Positions 39,973-55,144 of a DNA stretch of 64,000 bases are shown here, one piece after another. The notes under the pieces are model-generated. The model searched no databases. It worked only from the letters and a program-made list of their open reading frames with translations, and was not told the origin of the DNA. The DNA comes from Octopus vulgaris (lineage: Eukaryota). Position 1 is the first letter of the stretch. Each line of letters begins with the position of its first letter. The position numbers were made by a program, and so were the translations under genes. The stretch is taken from assembly GCA_951406725.2 (NCBI GenBank), contig OX597828.1, positions 20,398,001 to 20,462,000 of the forward strand, written 5' to 3'.

Positions 39973-40923
39973 TTAGGGGTCGTCTGGCATCTTCCTTTCT
40001 CATTCGGATGTCTACTACAAAATATAATGATTAGGTATGGAAATTACTCCAACAGGGTCAATGTTTCATCGGTAAAATTGGCAGTGCAAAACATCCACTT
40101 ATAAGTTGAGAATTAATAGAAATTTACAATTGTTTAAAGTGGCCGAAGACTTTTGAAAGGTACTGTATTTCATCGACCCCGAAAGAATGAAAACTAAAAA
40201 TCGACCTCGGCAGAATTTGAACGTAAAGAGAAGAGAAAAGCCATGGAGCATTTTTCCCCGGTGTGGTAACGTTTCTGCCAGCTCGCCGCCCTATGCAGGA
40301 CAGTATCAAAGCTCAAAAAATCTTTAACATAAGTATCATCCTTAATTTATGAATTTGTCCAGTTGGAATTTACCAGACATAAGTACCTGGTGTTAATTTC
40401 AACTTTAAACAGAAATAATTTCCATAAATTATATTTAAAAAATTAAATATCTTAAGGGGTAATTCCAATAAATTAAATTACATTTATTTTATTTTATTTC
40501 AATTTGATTACTTCTATAAATGTTTGCATTTCTTAATATTAAAATTTATTTATTTTTACATTTTTCAACTTTTTAATCATTTATACTTCTTTGATTCTTC
40601 GGTGTGTCATTTGGAGAGCTGCCTTTCTTTCTTTCTTCATCTACCCCCTCCTCACACACATACACACACGCGCGCGCGCGCGCGCACGCACACATACTAA
40701 ATTTACTAATAGCATTTTCTTATTTTCTTCTACCTTCATTGAAATTACTTCCTCCTTGAAATAATAAACTGAAGTTTATTATATTATCTTTTTATATTTT
40801 TTTCTATATTCTTATATTCTTATACATTAAACATCATATATTCACACAAACACGCATACACACACAGACAACACACATGCGTGTAATATACACATATTTA
40901 TTCATAAATATATATAACGTGAG

Positions 40924-40976
<53 letters not shown>

Positions 40977-41169
40977 ATACATGTACATAGCATATATATA
41001 TATAAAATATTACATTATGCGATTTAATCCACTTCACCTTCTTACAATTTAGATGCGTTAACGCTCGCCTTCGTTTATTTATAAATTAGATTCACTTCAC
41101 CAATTAGATATTTAAGCTAAATTTTTATCTAATTTGTAACATTATAGTCATCACTTTATATAAGTATAT

Positions 41170-42270
41170 GCAGGCATGGCTGTGTGGTTAAGAAAGAAGT
41201 TCGATTTGCAACATTTGGTTTTGGGTTCGCACCCACTGCGCGGTTCCTTCGACATGTGTTTTCTACTATAGCTCTGTGATGACTGATGTATCGTGAGTGA
41301 ATCTGATAAGCGGAAACCTTGTGTGGAAGCCTTGCGCGCGTGTGTGTGTATGTGTGTGTGTGCGTGTGTGCGCGCGCGAGTGTCTTGGTACTTGTACCTA
41401 CACATCGCTTAACAAGTTGGTTTGTTTACGCCCCTGTAATTTAGCGGTTCCGCAAAATAGAATAAGAACGAGATTCCAAATCCTGAGTTGTGGGGTCAAT
41501 TTGTTCAACTAAACCTCCCAAGGCGGAGCCCCAGCATGGCCACGGCCGCAGTCTAATGACTGGAACAAGTAAAAGATAAGAGAAGGACTGGTAGGAAATG
41601 GTATATATTTTCGGTATATATTAAGGCGGTGAGCTGACAGAAATGTTAGCATGCAGGGCGAAATGCGTAGTCGTATTTCGTCTGCCGTTACGTTCTGAGT
41701 TCAAATTCCGCCGATGTCGACTTTGCCTTTCATCATTTCGGGGTCGATAAATTAAATACCAGTTACGCACTGGAGTCGATATAATCGACTTAATCCGTCT
41801 GTCTGTCCTTGTTTGTCTCCTCTGTGATTAGCCCCTTGTGGGTAGTAAAGAAATAGAAATAGGTATTTCGTCCACCGCTGCATACTGAGTTCAAATTCCG
41901 CTGCGGTCGACTTTGTCTTTCATCCTTTCGGGGTCGATAAAATAAGTACCAGTTACACACTGGAGTCGATATAATCGACTTGATCCGTTTGTCTGTCCTT
42001 GTTTGTTTCCTCTGTGTTTAGCCCCTTGTGGGTAGTAAAGAAATTGGTATGTATTTTCGGTGGTGAGGGAGAAGAACTGTTAGAGCGTCGTACCAAATGT
42101 TTTGCTTTATCTTCTGCAGCTCTTTACACTCTGAGTTCAAATCCTATTGAAGTCAACTTTGCCTTTCATCTCTCCGATGTCTACAGAATCAAGTTCCGGT
42201 CAAGTTCTAAGATTCGGGCTATCTACTAACCTCTGCAGAAAAGTGTTGGTCTGGTAACGAAATCAGATGC
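41170..42270 (+). mobile_element. Diverged SINE A (41170-41585), dimeric SINE B (41624-42045) and an old SINE B
   Basis: Family blocks as above. Confidence 0.85.
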
Positions 42271-42520
42271 CATAATCATTATTAGCAGTAGTTTTATCTT
42301 TCGTGTGATAAAGGCAGTGCCGACTCAGGGCAAGGCCGTATTGAGCAGTTACCAGCAGGTATCACGGTCCTAGATGCGCAATTATAATCTATGCAAGTTG
42401 TGGCCAGCTGTCAATAAATAAATACTACAGGACCTAGAGTATCGATGTACCCGGTAGCTTCATGGATTTAGTTGCTCAATTCTGATTTGTGTATACCAGG
42501 GCTTGCTGCCAAAGAATAAA

Positions 42521-42750
42521 TACTATAGGGCACGGTGCACTCATTTTTCCCGCAGCCTCATCAGTTTAGAGGCCTGATTTTGATCTATTTATGCTATGAC
42601 TTGTTATCAAAAATTATGTACTATAGGGCACGGTGCACTGATTTTTCCCGCAGCCTCATCAGTTTAGAGGCCTGATTTTGGTCTATATATGCTGTGACTT
42701 GTTGTCAAAAAGTATATACTGTAGGGCTCGGTACAGTGATTTTCCCGGAG
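42521..42750 (+). repeat. 98-bp tandem repeat, ~2.3 units, possibly within a hAT-like MITE (42331-42777)
   Basis: TACT(A/G)TAGGGC(A/T)CGGT starts at 42521, 42619 and 42717; weak termini CAAGGCCGTATTGAGCAG / CTGCTACGACGGTCGTG. Confidence 0.8.
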
Positions 42751-42862
42751 TCCTATAATGCTGCTACGACGGTCGTGCCCCCACGGTATCTGGTCATGTT
42801 GAGTTCCAGTTAAAGTACTTTTTAGTATTCTTTAACTTTCTTTCATACCATTTCATTAATGT

Positions 42863-43129
42863 AGGGGGTATTAGCCATCTGAATGTGGCTAGCCACGGGG
42901 GGGGGGGTTACTGATGCTTTTAGCCCCAGGCGATCAACGTCACCAGAAGGACTTTAGACGCTATCTCAGCGCCCTTGAGATAGCGTCTAAAGTCCTTCTG
43001 GTGACGTTGATTGCCTGGGGCTAAAAGCATCAGTAACACCCCCCCCCAGTGGCTAGCCACACTCAGATGGCTAATACCCCCTACGTTGTCGAGCGGTTAC
43101 TGTTTATATCTCGTTCAGAGATTTATTAT
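42863..43129. mobile_element. Hairpin insertion with a 14-bp TSD
   Basis: Near-perfect palindrome 42861-43084 (~108-bp arms, 7-nt loop) plus a 45-bp tail. CATTTCATTAATGT is repeated at 42849-42862 and 43130-43143. Confidence 0.85.
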
Positions 43130-43773
43130 CATTTCATTAATGTTTGAAGTTAACCATTGTATTATAAATATATGGTCGTTTTAGGTAAACTGTCGCAGTT
43201 GTTATTATCTCCAGATATTTATTTGATGTTCAATGTGTGTTTAGATAAACACGTATTAGGAAATGTACTTGCATAGCAAGTGTTGTGATTTGAGATCGTA
43301 TGTTGAAACTAAACTGATTGCAGCGTGGAAGATACAAGTTAACTATTCAAAAACATACAGTCAACTTCGATTAAATATTTGTAAAAAAATTGTCGAATTT
43401 TCCGTCTCTCGTTCCCTCATAAAACAGTTGGACGCAGAACTCTTTTTGTCAGTGAACAGATCGCGGTTCCGAGTGAAGGAACCTTTCACACCATATGACA
43501 AATAAACGTTTAAGTGATGTTGACGGTTTTTGTTTGTTTTCTGAATAGTTATCTCAGAACATTTATCGATTTATTTGAAGACAAGTACGACTTCGTTTGG
43601 TTTGGAAGAACAAGAAAACGTTTGCTCAAAGCTAGGATCGCTTTCCATGTCGCACTGTGCACCATTTTGATCTTTTTACTTCGTCATCTGCTGAACTTTG
43701 TATCACATGTTTAATCTCCATCTTCCCGCTAGAAATACACGCACACACACATACGCACACACATATGAATATG

Positions 43774-44141
<368 letters not shown>

Positions 44142-44682
44142 TATATGTATAAAAGAAGAACGCAAGTGACTTTTTGAATTCCACATGTTCTTTTATACAA
44201 ACGCTAACTTTATACTGGATCGAGTATAAGCTTCTAGGCCATGGTCACTTGTAGAACCTCGGCTGTGTGGTGAGACGACCACACTTTACACGCTTTACTT
44301 TCAAGCACTGCTTGGGTGCCTTCACTCCTCGTTCTTTAACTCTGTTACCACAGCAACAGTCCCGATACTTTTCGATCAGACCGCGTATATAATGTATCTA
44401 TATATGTCGTCCGCACTGAATGTAGTTAAAATTATGAACATGACCGGTAAAGATTGAAGTAGGATTAAATCTGTATTGTAGTCATTAATAAAATAATGTT
44501 GCACACTCTAATTCTTGCAATTTTGAGTTATTTTTTTCTGCGGCATGTGAAAGTTTTGTTTTATGAACAAACGTGATGGAGCACGTGCAAGTGTGTATGC
44601 ATCATGTGTGTGTGTATGTAAGAGGGAAGAGAGAACGTGAGAAGAGAGAGAACGTGAAAGGAGAGAAAGTGAAAGAGAGAGA

Positions 44683-44745
44683 AAGTAAGAGATAGAGAAA
44701 GAAGAAAAAATGAGAGAAAGGGAGAGAGAGAAAGAGAGAGAGAGA

Positions 44746-44789
<44 letters not shown>

Positions 44790-44950
44790 CATCATTGATG
44801 CATTGTTTGTTTCGAGATCTCTTCGAAGTAAGAGATAGAGAAAGAAGAAAAAATGAGAGAAAGGGAGAGAGAGAAAGAGAGAGAGAGAGTGAGAGAGAGA
44901 GAGAGAGAGAGAAACATCATTGATGCATTGTTTGCTTCGAGATCTCTTCG
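44683..44950 (+). repeat. Local tandem duplication (~143 + 125 bp) with a variable (GA)n
   Basis: AAGTAAGAGATAGAGAAAG...ATCATTGATGCATTGTTTG(T/C)TTCGAGATCTCTTCG occurs twice. Confidence 0.9.
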
Positions 44951-45084
44951 TTATCTTGAAGTGATATCATCAAGGAAATCCGCGATGAAAAATTATGAGA
45001 AAACAATTAAAAGAAGAATCTCTGCAATTCAAACAGATTACGCAAAAGATAAGTGGCAGAAGAATATAAATGACCAACCACTGC

Positions 45085-45095
45085 TACTACTATTA

Positions 45096-45145
<50 letters not shown>

Positions 45146-45221
45146 ACTACTACTACTACTGCTGCTGTTGCTGTTACTAACAGCTCGACCGCTACGATTT
45201 GTACCACTGTAATTGAAGTAA

Positions 45222-45275
<54 letters not shown>

Positions 45276-45856
45276 AAGTAGTAGTGTGGTGGTGGTGGTG
45301 GTAACTGCAGCAGCAGTTGAAGAAGAAGAAGAAGAACAACAACAACAACAACAACAAGAAAAACAAGAAAAATAAGAAATTGAAGAACAACAAGAACAAG
45401 AACAAGAACAAGAACAATAATAATGATAATAATAATAATAATAATAATAAGAAGAAGAAGAAGAAGAAGAAGAATGAGAAGAAGAAGGAGGAGGAGAAGA
45501 AGAAGAAGAAGAGGATGAAGAAAAAGAAGAAGAAGAAGAAGAAGAAGAAGAAGAAGAAGAAGGAGAAGAAGGAGAAGGAGAAGAAGTAGAAGGAGAAGAA
45601 GTAGAAGAAGAAGAAGAAGAAGAAGAAGAAGAAGAAGAAGGGAAAGAAGAAGAAGAAGGGGAAGAAGAAGAAGAAGAAGAAGAAGAAGGGGAAGAAGAAT
45701 AGGAAAAGAAGACGAAAAAGAAGACGAAGAAAAAGAAGAAGAAAAAGAAGACGAAAAAGAAGAAGAAGAAAAAGAAAAAGAAGAAGAAGAAGAAGAAGAA
45801 GAAGAAGAAGAAGAAGAAGAAGAAGAAGAAGAAGAAGAAGAAGAAGAAGAAGAAGA
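45085..45856. repeat. Compound CTA/CTG/GTA/AAC/GAA microsatellite ending in ~400 bp of almost pure purine
   Basis: Directly visible. Confidence 0.97.
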
Positions 45857-46480
45857 TACTTTGTGGATTTGTGTTATGACGATAGTATTGATATCATGTT
45901 TGACGACATGAAAGGAACGATACGATGGACGTCTGCTTTTATATTCCGAAGCGACATGGACAAGAGGAAGGACAACGAGAGAAGCAGGTTAGGAGACAGA
46001 CTTCAAAGTAAAGAGAAATCATAGAACACACACACACACACATACGCTCACACACAGAAAACTACATATTTAAATGCATACATTACATGTGTGTGTGTGT
46101 GTGTTTTGCTTAACGGATAGAGTACTTGAAAATTTTCAATTCTCACGTGACCCTCTAAAAATAGTTTCAAACTTCGGGAGAGGTCCAGCAACTTCGGGAG
46201 CGGGGTAGATCGATTACATCGATCCCAGTGCCAACCTTGTACTTATTTTATCTATCCTAAAAGATTGAAATGGTAAAAATCGATTTCGGAAGAATTTGGA
46301 TTGAGAACGTAAAAGCGGACGAAATTCCGCTAAGGATTCTGCCAGCACGCTGCGTTGTGGGCCTCCAATGTTAATTTTTCATCGAACATTCCAGAAATTG
46401 GAGCTCTCATACTTGAAGTCATTTTGATTACTCACATACACGAAATTTTGAAAGTTGAAAAGAAACACACGAGTTGATAT

Positions 46481-46961
<481 letters not shown>

Positions 46962-47004
46962 TTGCAAAATCTTTAATGTGAAATCGTTTGTTGAAACAGA
47001 TATT

Positions 47005-47495
47005 GTTGTATTTAGGAATGGTCATTTTGCCAGTTTAGCCAATAAAAACACACGCACTATATATTTGGTGTTACTTTTCTTCAGCGTTATTTATTTTTTA
47101 CATTAATCTTAATCTTATTTAGGCCAGAGTTCTTTCGTCACACTCCTGTAACCGCATCAGTGGTCCTTTGCTTTCTTCTTTCTTATTTTTGTGTCTCTCC
47201 TTACTAACCGTCAGACATTTTGTATTTCTATTGTATGTGTCTTCATTTGCGCATATGTATATCTTTATGTGCGTTTATGTTTAGTTAGTGTGTGTGGGGG
47301 GAAAATGCCTGTAATAAGAAAGAAGAAAGCAACGGACCACTGATGCGGTCATAGGAGTGTGACGAAAGAACTCTGGCTGAAATAAGATTAAGATTAATGT
47401 AAAAAATAAATAACGCTGAAGCAAAGTAACACTAAATATATAGTGCTTGTGTTTTTATTGGCTAAACTGGCAAAATAACCATTCCTAAATACAAT
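47005..47495. mobile_element. Fold-back mini-element with two outward-facing A9C hammerhead-like motifs (47124-47163 minus; 47337-47376 plus)
   Basis: ~180-bp arms. Plus copy: CCA-CUGAUGCG-GUCAUA GGAG UGUGAC-GAAAG AA CUC-UGG. Confidence 0.75.
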
Positions 47496-47539
47496 ATATA
47501 TATATATATACGGCACCAAGCTGTAAAAGAGAGAGTAAG

Positions 47540-47810
47540 ATACCCTTTCCGTGTATATACTGGAATGTCATATTAGGAATTGCTAGAAGCTACTAAGCCA
47601 TCAGTGCTTAGAGTATAGTGAAGATACACTAGTAATGAGACATCGGAAACCGAAAAGGCGAAGGAGTCTAGGACCAACGGTTTTGAATGTTATAACGGCC
47701 AAACGGAAGATCTGTACCAACAGAGAAAGGTTACCGTCAACTAGCAATTGAGCTGATACTGGGCGGCAGCCTCATCATGCCTGTTGCACTCTTGTACATC
47801 ACTTGGTACT
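47540..47810 (+). pseudogene. piggyBac (PGBD4-like) transposase fossil
   Basis: 'YRQLAIELILGGSLI' at ~47732 resembles WYRKLAIELILGTSVVNA, preceded by a decayed YN.AK..D motif. Confidence 0.5.
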
Positions 47811-48073
47811 TCAAGTGGCGGCCCAGAGAGGAAGTGTGGAGTGGGGGCAATGCTAATGTCTTTCTCACTGCTCAAGGCTTTCGTTCTCTGAACAGAACAG
47901 TGAACGTCGATCTACGACAGACAACCAACGACGTCGACGGCACACTTTACGCACAATACACACACACACACGCAAACACACACACACTCACTCACACACG
48001 CACCACTCACAAACACGCACACACAGATATATATATTTATAGATATATGTATATATATATATGTTTATATATT

Positions 48074-48128
<55 letters not shown>

Positions 48129-49221
48129 GAAGAAACAAAGGTCGTGAGGTTATCACGTTTAAACATGAAATGGTTATATGTTCATATCCTGGAAGAAAGT
48201 GAGCAAAATATCGAAAATATCAAATATTCTGGTAACACTCCAATTATTCTCCACACACACACACACACGTACACACACACACATACACACACACACACAT
48301 ACACACATATATTTATATATATATATATAATTTCATGCTATCACGCACACAATCACACAAACACGCAATCTCTCTCTCTCTCTCACTCACACACATACAC
48401 ACACACACACACACACATCTCGAATACTGATAATTTCTATTTCTGTATATTCGCTACATTCGCAGCGATTCACTTCGATCTTAATAGCTGGAAGCAGGCA
48501 TTACATTGATAAACGATAACGTTTTGTGTTTATTGTATCGATTTTACTTCGCCTTTCTAGTTAAAAGATGGCCTCCAAAAGTCAGTTGATAAATCGACTG
48601 TTACCACAGCATCTTAGAAGCCATTATTGTTACGATGTATTTACGTTTCAACGACGCCAACGCGCTCTTCAGATAATGCATGAATATCTAACTAATGCCT
48701 CATCCAATTAGATCGCATTTACTATATTTTTATGCTCTGTGTGTGGAAACAATATTTTGGTTTGGTCTAAAAGAATTTTTTTTTACAATAGAATTCTCTA
48801 GAAGGTAAAAAAAATAATCAAGTTTAGGATTGTGTATTCATTTTTTCCTTTACAAGCTTCTTACCAGTATTAACAAAATTATTATAGGAGAAGTTATGTG
48901 TCTTTGAAACAAGAGGAGAGTATTTAAATGATTTCTCAATCTTCTGTTGAAGTAGTGAAAGATAAAGAGATAGCGATACAAGAAAACCAAACAGAATGGG
49001 AGAGAGATCTTAAGTAGACGTTTACACTAGTTTGAAGTGACGCTGTGATTAAGACGTTTAATTCATAACCACATGGCTGTAGGTTCAGTCCTACAGCGTA
49101 CCACCTTGGACAAGATGTCTTCTACGGTAGCCCCAGGACAGACCAATGCCTTGTGAGCGACACTGATCGACAGAAACTATATGGAAGTCCGTTGTGTGTG
49201 GGTATATATATATATATATAT

Positions 49222-49646
49222 AGGCGCAGGAGTGGCTGTGTGGTAAGTAGCTTGCTAACCAACCACATGGATGCGGGTTCAGTCCCACTGCGTGGCATCT
49301 TGGGCAAGTGTCTTCTGCTATAGCCTCGGGCCGACCAATGCCTTGTGAGTGGATTTGGTAGACGGAAACTGAAAGAAGCCTGTCGTATATATGTATATAT
49401 ATATGTATGTGTGTGTATGTGTATGTGTTTGTGTGTCTGTGTTTGTCCCTCTAGCATTGCTTGACAACCGATGCTGGTGTGTTTATGTTCCCGTTACCTA
49501 GCGGTTCGGCAAAAGAGACCGATAGAATAAGTACTGGGCTTACAAAGAATAAGTCCTGGGGTCGATTTGCTCGATTGAAGGCGGTGCTCCAGCATGGCCG
49601 CTGTCAAATGACTGAAACAAGTAAAAGAGAAAAGAGAAAAGAGAAA

Positions 49647-49649
<3 letters not shown>
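49222..49649 (+). mobile_element. SINE family A, full length
   Basis: A box TGGCTGTGTGG, B box GGTTCAGTCC, CORE-like CTTGGGCAAGTGTCTT, internal TA/TG tract, (AAAAGAG)n tail. An older head fragment lies at 49040-49200. Confidence 0.95.
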
Positions 49650-49741
<92 letters not shown>

Positions 49742-50257
49742 TAAGAAAGTTTGTTTGGTAAAGCACGTGGGTGAATATAATTTCCGCCTACCAATTTCAC
49801 TCACAACGCACCGATTAGCCCTGGACGTTAATAGAAGACAAATTCTCAAGTTTACGTGCAGTGGGACTGAACCCCAGAATGTCTGATTGCGAAACGAAAC
49901 TCTTAACCCCACAGCCATGTCTGCTCCTAATACATACATACCTACCTACCTACCTACCTACCTACATACATACATACATACATACATACATACATACATA
50001 CATACATACATACATACATACATACACACATACACGCTATGAAGATAAAAGAGAAAGAGGGTACCTGCGGACTAGTGGTTCGAAACCTCTATCTGCTACA
50101 TCCTGATTATAAATTCAAATTTACATCAATAATAATTGCTGCACTTGGTTTTTGTGAGGAAATGCTTAAGTGAGCGTTTGGGTTAGCTAAGGTGTCCAAA
50201 CGAAGAAATCAGCCAATTAATTTACATATTAGAACTATAATCAGTAAGTGGAACAGT

Positions 50258-50565
50258 TGAGGTGCAATAGCCCAGTGGTTAGGGCAGCGGACTCGCTGTC
50301 GGAGGATCGCAGTTTCGATTCCCAGACCGGGCGTTGTGTGTGTTTATTGAACGAAAACACCTAAAGCTCCACGACTTTCCGGCAGGGGGGCGCCCTCTGT
50401 TGTACTCTCTCGCCCCTACTTTCTCTCACTCTTTCTTCCTGTTTCTTGAGTACCGCTGTGATGGACTGGCGTCCCGTCCAGTTGGGGGGAACACATACGC
50501 CATAGAAACCGGGAAACCGGTCCCATGAGCCTGGCTATGCTTGAAAACGGTGCATAAATAAGAAG
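50258..50565 (+). mobile_element. SINE family D
   Basis: Homologous to 3924-4236. Confidence 0.9.
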
Positions 50566-50901
50566 TAAAAAAGGGTGGAACAGTAAAAATATGCAAGATT
50601 TCGCAATTTCAAAATGTGAATTTGCTTTTGATGTCTTACATCCCAACGATGAAGCTTTGTATCTTTGTTTGAAAGCACGTCCTACCTCCAAGGAAGATTT
50701 CAAATAATTATAAACGGAATAGAACATATATACATGCATAACTGTCTGCGTGTGCGCGTGTGTGTGCACGTATACACATACAAGATCCCACACACAAAAA
50801 CTCCCACACACACACTCATATGGCACCTTGAACACTATAGCCTCAGACAGACAAATGCCTTATGAGTGAATTTGGTTGACAGAAACTGAAAGAATCCCGT
50901 C

Positions 50902-50939
<38 letters not shown>

Positions 50940-51842
50940 GTGTGTGTATGAGGTGGGGTCGTTTTGTCAGAGTTTGTCCTCTCAATAACGCTTGACAACC
51001 GATGTAAGTATGTTTATATCCACTTAACTTAGCTGTTCAGTAAAACGGACAAACAGAATAAGTACTAGGTTTACAAAGAATATGTCCTGGGGTCGATTTT
51101 TTTCAACTAAAACCTTTTAACCTGGTTCTGATATCTCTTCCTAATATTTTTTTAAAATTCTACTTTTGTTTTTAAACAACATATAATAATACTCGATTTT
51201 TGCTACACCTTGATTATAAACTTTTTTCTTCCGTGCCCTTAATATTGTCCTAGATCTCATTATAGCGTCCTAAGTTTCACAGTATAGGCCCATTTAACTG
51301 AAAGTAATGAAAATGGTTAATGTCACCCCTACCCTACCTCTTTTTATGGGCATTTACTACTGACTACTTCTGAAGTTTGTTTCTTTATGCGGTAAGGGGT
51401 ACTTGTGGGCATAAGAAATTAAGATTAAGGAAGACATCTAGTAATGTTTATTTATAACCAAAAGCCAGTTCTGAACTGTCAACTCATAATGCTCTTAATC
51501 CTCAATAAATGCAGTCTACAAGTCTGAGACCTTTTGATTGTGATAAGAAGGTAGATAAAAAACTAGAAATGAATTACAATCTCATAACAACCGCTGTGAT
51601 CCATTCCTGCCACTCCAAAATTATAGTTCTTGCTGCAATATTGGCAACATGAAATTCTTTCATCCTCTAGCTCTGATAAAATATTTGAGAAAAATTATAT
51701 TAATATATGTTGTCTGTTGAAAATCCATATTCTTTGCAACTGAAGATGGCACTGTATTTAAATGATGTAATGCTTGCATTATTCAATTAAATGAAGCCGA
51801 TTGCATTAATACTTAACATCCTGTTAGTTATTTGATTATATA

Positions 51843-51894
<52 letters not shown>

Positions 51895-52200
51895 AAGAGA
51901 GATACACACACATTATAACCTTGTAGTTGGAAGCAAGCTATTTACGACAATCAGTCCTCCATATGATATATATTTACACTCATCCCATCCAATCATACAT
52001 ACATGCATGCATACATACATACATACAAACATACATACCTAAATACATTCATACATACATACATACATACTACTTCTACTACCACTATTACTACAACCAC
52101 CACGACCTCCACCACCACCACCCCACCACTACTACTACTACTATTACTACTACCACCATCACCTCCACCTCCACTACTGCTACTACTACTATTAATACTG

Positions 52201-52247
<47 letters not shown>

Positions 52248-52709
52248 GCCACTACCACTAATACCACTACCACCACCACCGCCATAACTATTGCTACAAT
52301 TACAAATGCTAATACTGTGTATGAACGATCCAGTGTATGTTTCTGCTATTCTATCCTTTTAACGAGCTAAGAGCGACTAGTGTCAATATTTACAACAGTT
52401 TTTCTTACATAACTGAATTACAATGTCAAAGACGATTTGTGGTTTTCGGTGTGGCTGTTGTTATTGTTGCTGTTGTGGTAGTTGTTGCGGTTACTGTTCT
52501 TATTTTTGTTTGAATTATTGTTTGTTTTTGTTCACGTGCTTTTTGTTGCACTGGTTGGCGGTTCGTTTATATTTTTTTTATTTTCTTGATGCTATTGCAG
52601 TCGTTGTTTCTTTCCTAGATGTTGTTGTTTTTGTTGTTGTTGTTGTTGTTGTTGTTCATGTACTTAATGCTATTATTGTTGTTGTTTTGGTGATTGTATA
52701 TCTTTTATT

Positions 52710-52763
<54 letters not shown>

Positions 52764-53085
52764 TATATATTTTTTTTTTTTTCATTCGTTTATTTATTCA
52801 TTTATTCCTTCTCCGCGACGGCGATAGGACAGCCTGAAGAAAGAGAAAGAGAAAGAGGTGCAGGAGGAGCAGGAGAAGAAGAAGCAGGAAGAAGGAGGAG
52901 CAGGAAGCTATCTTGTGATTCCATCGTTTAAGTAGACCATTATTTGATCCAGAATAATTTCTTGCCAAGCAAGCAGAAAAACTCAGACTAACACAACTGT
53001 ACAGAAAAAACACGCATACGGAAACGCACACATGGGCACACTCACGTATACACACAAGCATGGTCGTAGATAAACACACACTTTT

Positions 53086-53133
<48 letters not shown>

Positions 53134-53494
53134 GTATACAGTCTTGCACATATATGCAATTAAAGATCTACAGAAACACGCACCTGCACACACGTGCATA
53201 TAAAGATACAAAGTGCACACGTATACGAACATTCATTGAATAGATTTGTGTGTGTGTATGTGTGAGAGAGAGAGAGAGAGAGAGAAGGTGGGTATGTGCT
53301 TACACCATATCTATTTATACAAGTAAGATGTCTGTGTAGATTGTATGTGTGTGTGTGCGTATGTGTGTGTGTGTGTGTTTGCGTACGTTTACATTATATT
53401 TATCAATACAATGTGTCTGTATTAAATGTGTATGTATATATCGATGCTCCAGCATGGCCGGAGTCAAATGACTGAAACAAGTAAAAGAATAAAA

Positions 53495-53533
<39 letters not shown>

Positions 53534-53576
53534 CATACGTATATATATTTATATACATATATTTATGTGTACAAAC

Positions 53577-53615
<39 letters not shown>

Positions 53616-53732
53616 CACACAAACTGGCGGTGCCAAAGCATGGCCGCAACCTCCAGGCTGAAACAGATAAATGAATAAAAGAATATATGAACATATATAT
53701 ACATACACACACACACATACATATATACATAC

Positions 53733-53805
<73 letters not shown>

Positions 53806-53839
53806 TATATATATGAATGTATATGTATATATATATATA

Positions 53840-53878
<39 letters not shown>

Positions 53879-54546
53879 CACGCACACACGCACACAAACA
53901 CATACATATTCCGTCCACGTACCATTATCTCTTGACTCTATTTATTATTCTGCTTTTCACTTTTGTAACTTATCTAACCACAACACTTTTCCTTACGTGC
54001 TTATTATTTTTATTGTTTTTCCTCTTCCTCCTCCCACTTCTTTTTCTTCATCTTCGCCTTTTTTTTTCTTCGTCTTCTACTTCTTCATCATCAACTTCTA
54101 CTTCTTCTTCTTCTTCATTCCCTCTTTCTCTTATCTCGTTGCATATCTTCATCTTCAACATCTTCTTTACTTTAATTTCCCCAATTCTGCACGCCTCTGC
54201 GTGGAAATGAAGACCATACTGCCAGTGATTACCAATATCCTTATACTATTCTCCAAGACATTCCAAGTACATTTCTAGAGAACATCTTAAACTATTTATT
54301 TATCTGTCTATTTATTTCTTGAACATTTTTCCTACTCGCCCCATCGCCACAACGATACACACCATTTCTGCGCAGACATAAATATTGTCACACACATGCA
54401 TACGTACACACACACACACATACACACATTCGCATACGCACATGTATATATATATATATATGGAGAGAGAGAGATGAATAGATAGATAGATTATACGTAT
54501 ATAAATATGCACATATGTATATATATATATATATATTTATATCTAT

Positions 54547-54760
54547 ACTCTTTTACTTGTTTCAGTCATTTGACTGCGGCCATGCTGGAGCACCGTCTTT
54601 AATCGAGCAACTCGACCCCGGGACTTATTCTTTTGTAAGCCCAGTGCTTATTCTATCGGTCTCTTTTGCCGAACCGCTAAGAAACGGGGACATAAACACA
54701 CCAGCATCGGTTGTCAAGCATTGCTAGTGGGACAAACACAGACACACAAACACACACACC
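54547..54760 (-). mobile_element. SINE family A 3' half
   Basis: Reverse complement of the tail block, truncated at the internal microsatellite. Confidence 0.9.
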
Positions 54761-54775
54761 TATATATATATACAT

Positions 54776-54837
<62 letters not shown>

Positions 54838-54868
54838 TATAAACATACGTTGATAAATAGATAGATAA

Positions 54869-54955
<87 letters not shown>

Positions 54956-55113
54956 TACAAACATATACAAAGATATACAAACTACACACAGAAATGTGCA
55001 TACGTGCACATATATTGTACTTATGTATACTCGCAAATTTACTTTCAAGTTACAATGGTCTGCACACAACACCTTAGCCATGTCAGTAAATATATAGACA
55101 TGACTATACATAC

Positions 55114-55144
<31 letters not shown>

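Noticed and set aside
42545-42570. CTGATGA...GAAA on the minus strand of the 98-bp tandem unit (retrozyme-like?)
   Set aside because: The intervening GGCTGCGG cannot form helix II, and there is no helix I or III.
48541-48711. Acceptor-like TTCGCCTTTCTAG followed by AAGATGGCC and a 47-aa ORF
   Set aside because: Short, no recognisable domain, no partner exons; expected by chance without RNA-seq support.
51570-51700. Minus-strand 'CCQYCSKNY..HSGCYEIVIH', BED-finger-like
   Set aside because: Isolated, bounded by stops, with no other transposase motifs recognised; too weak to call.
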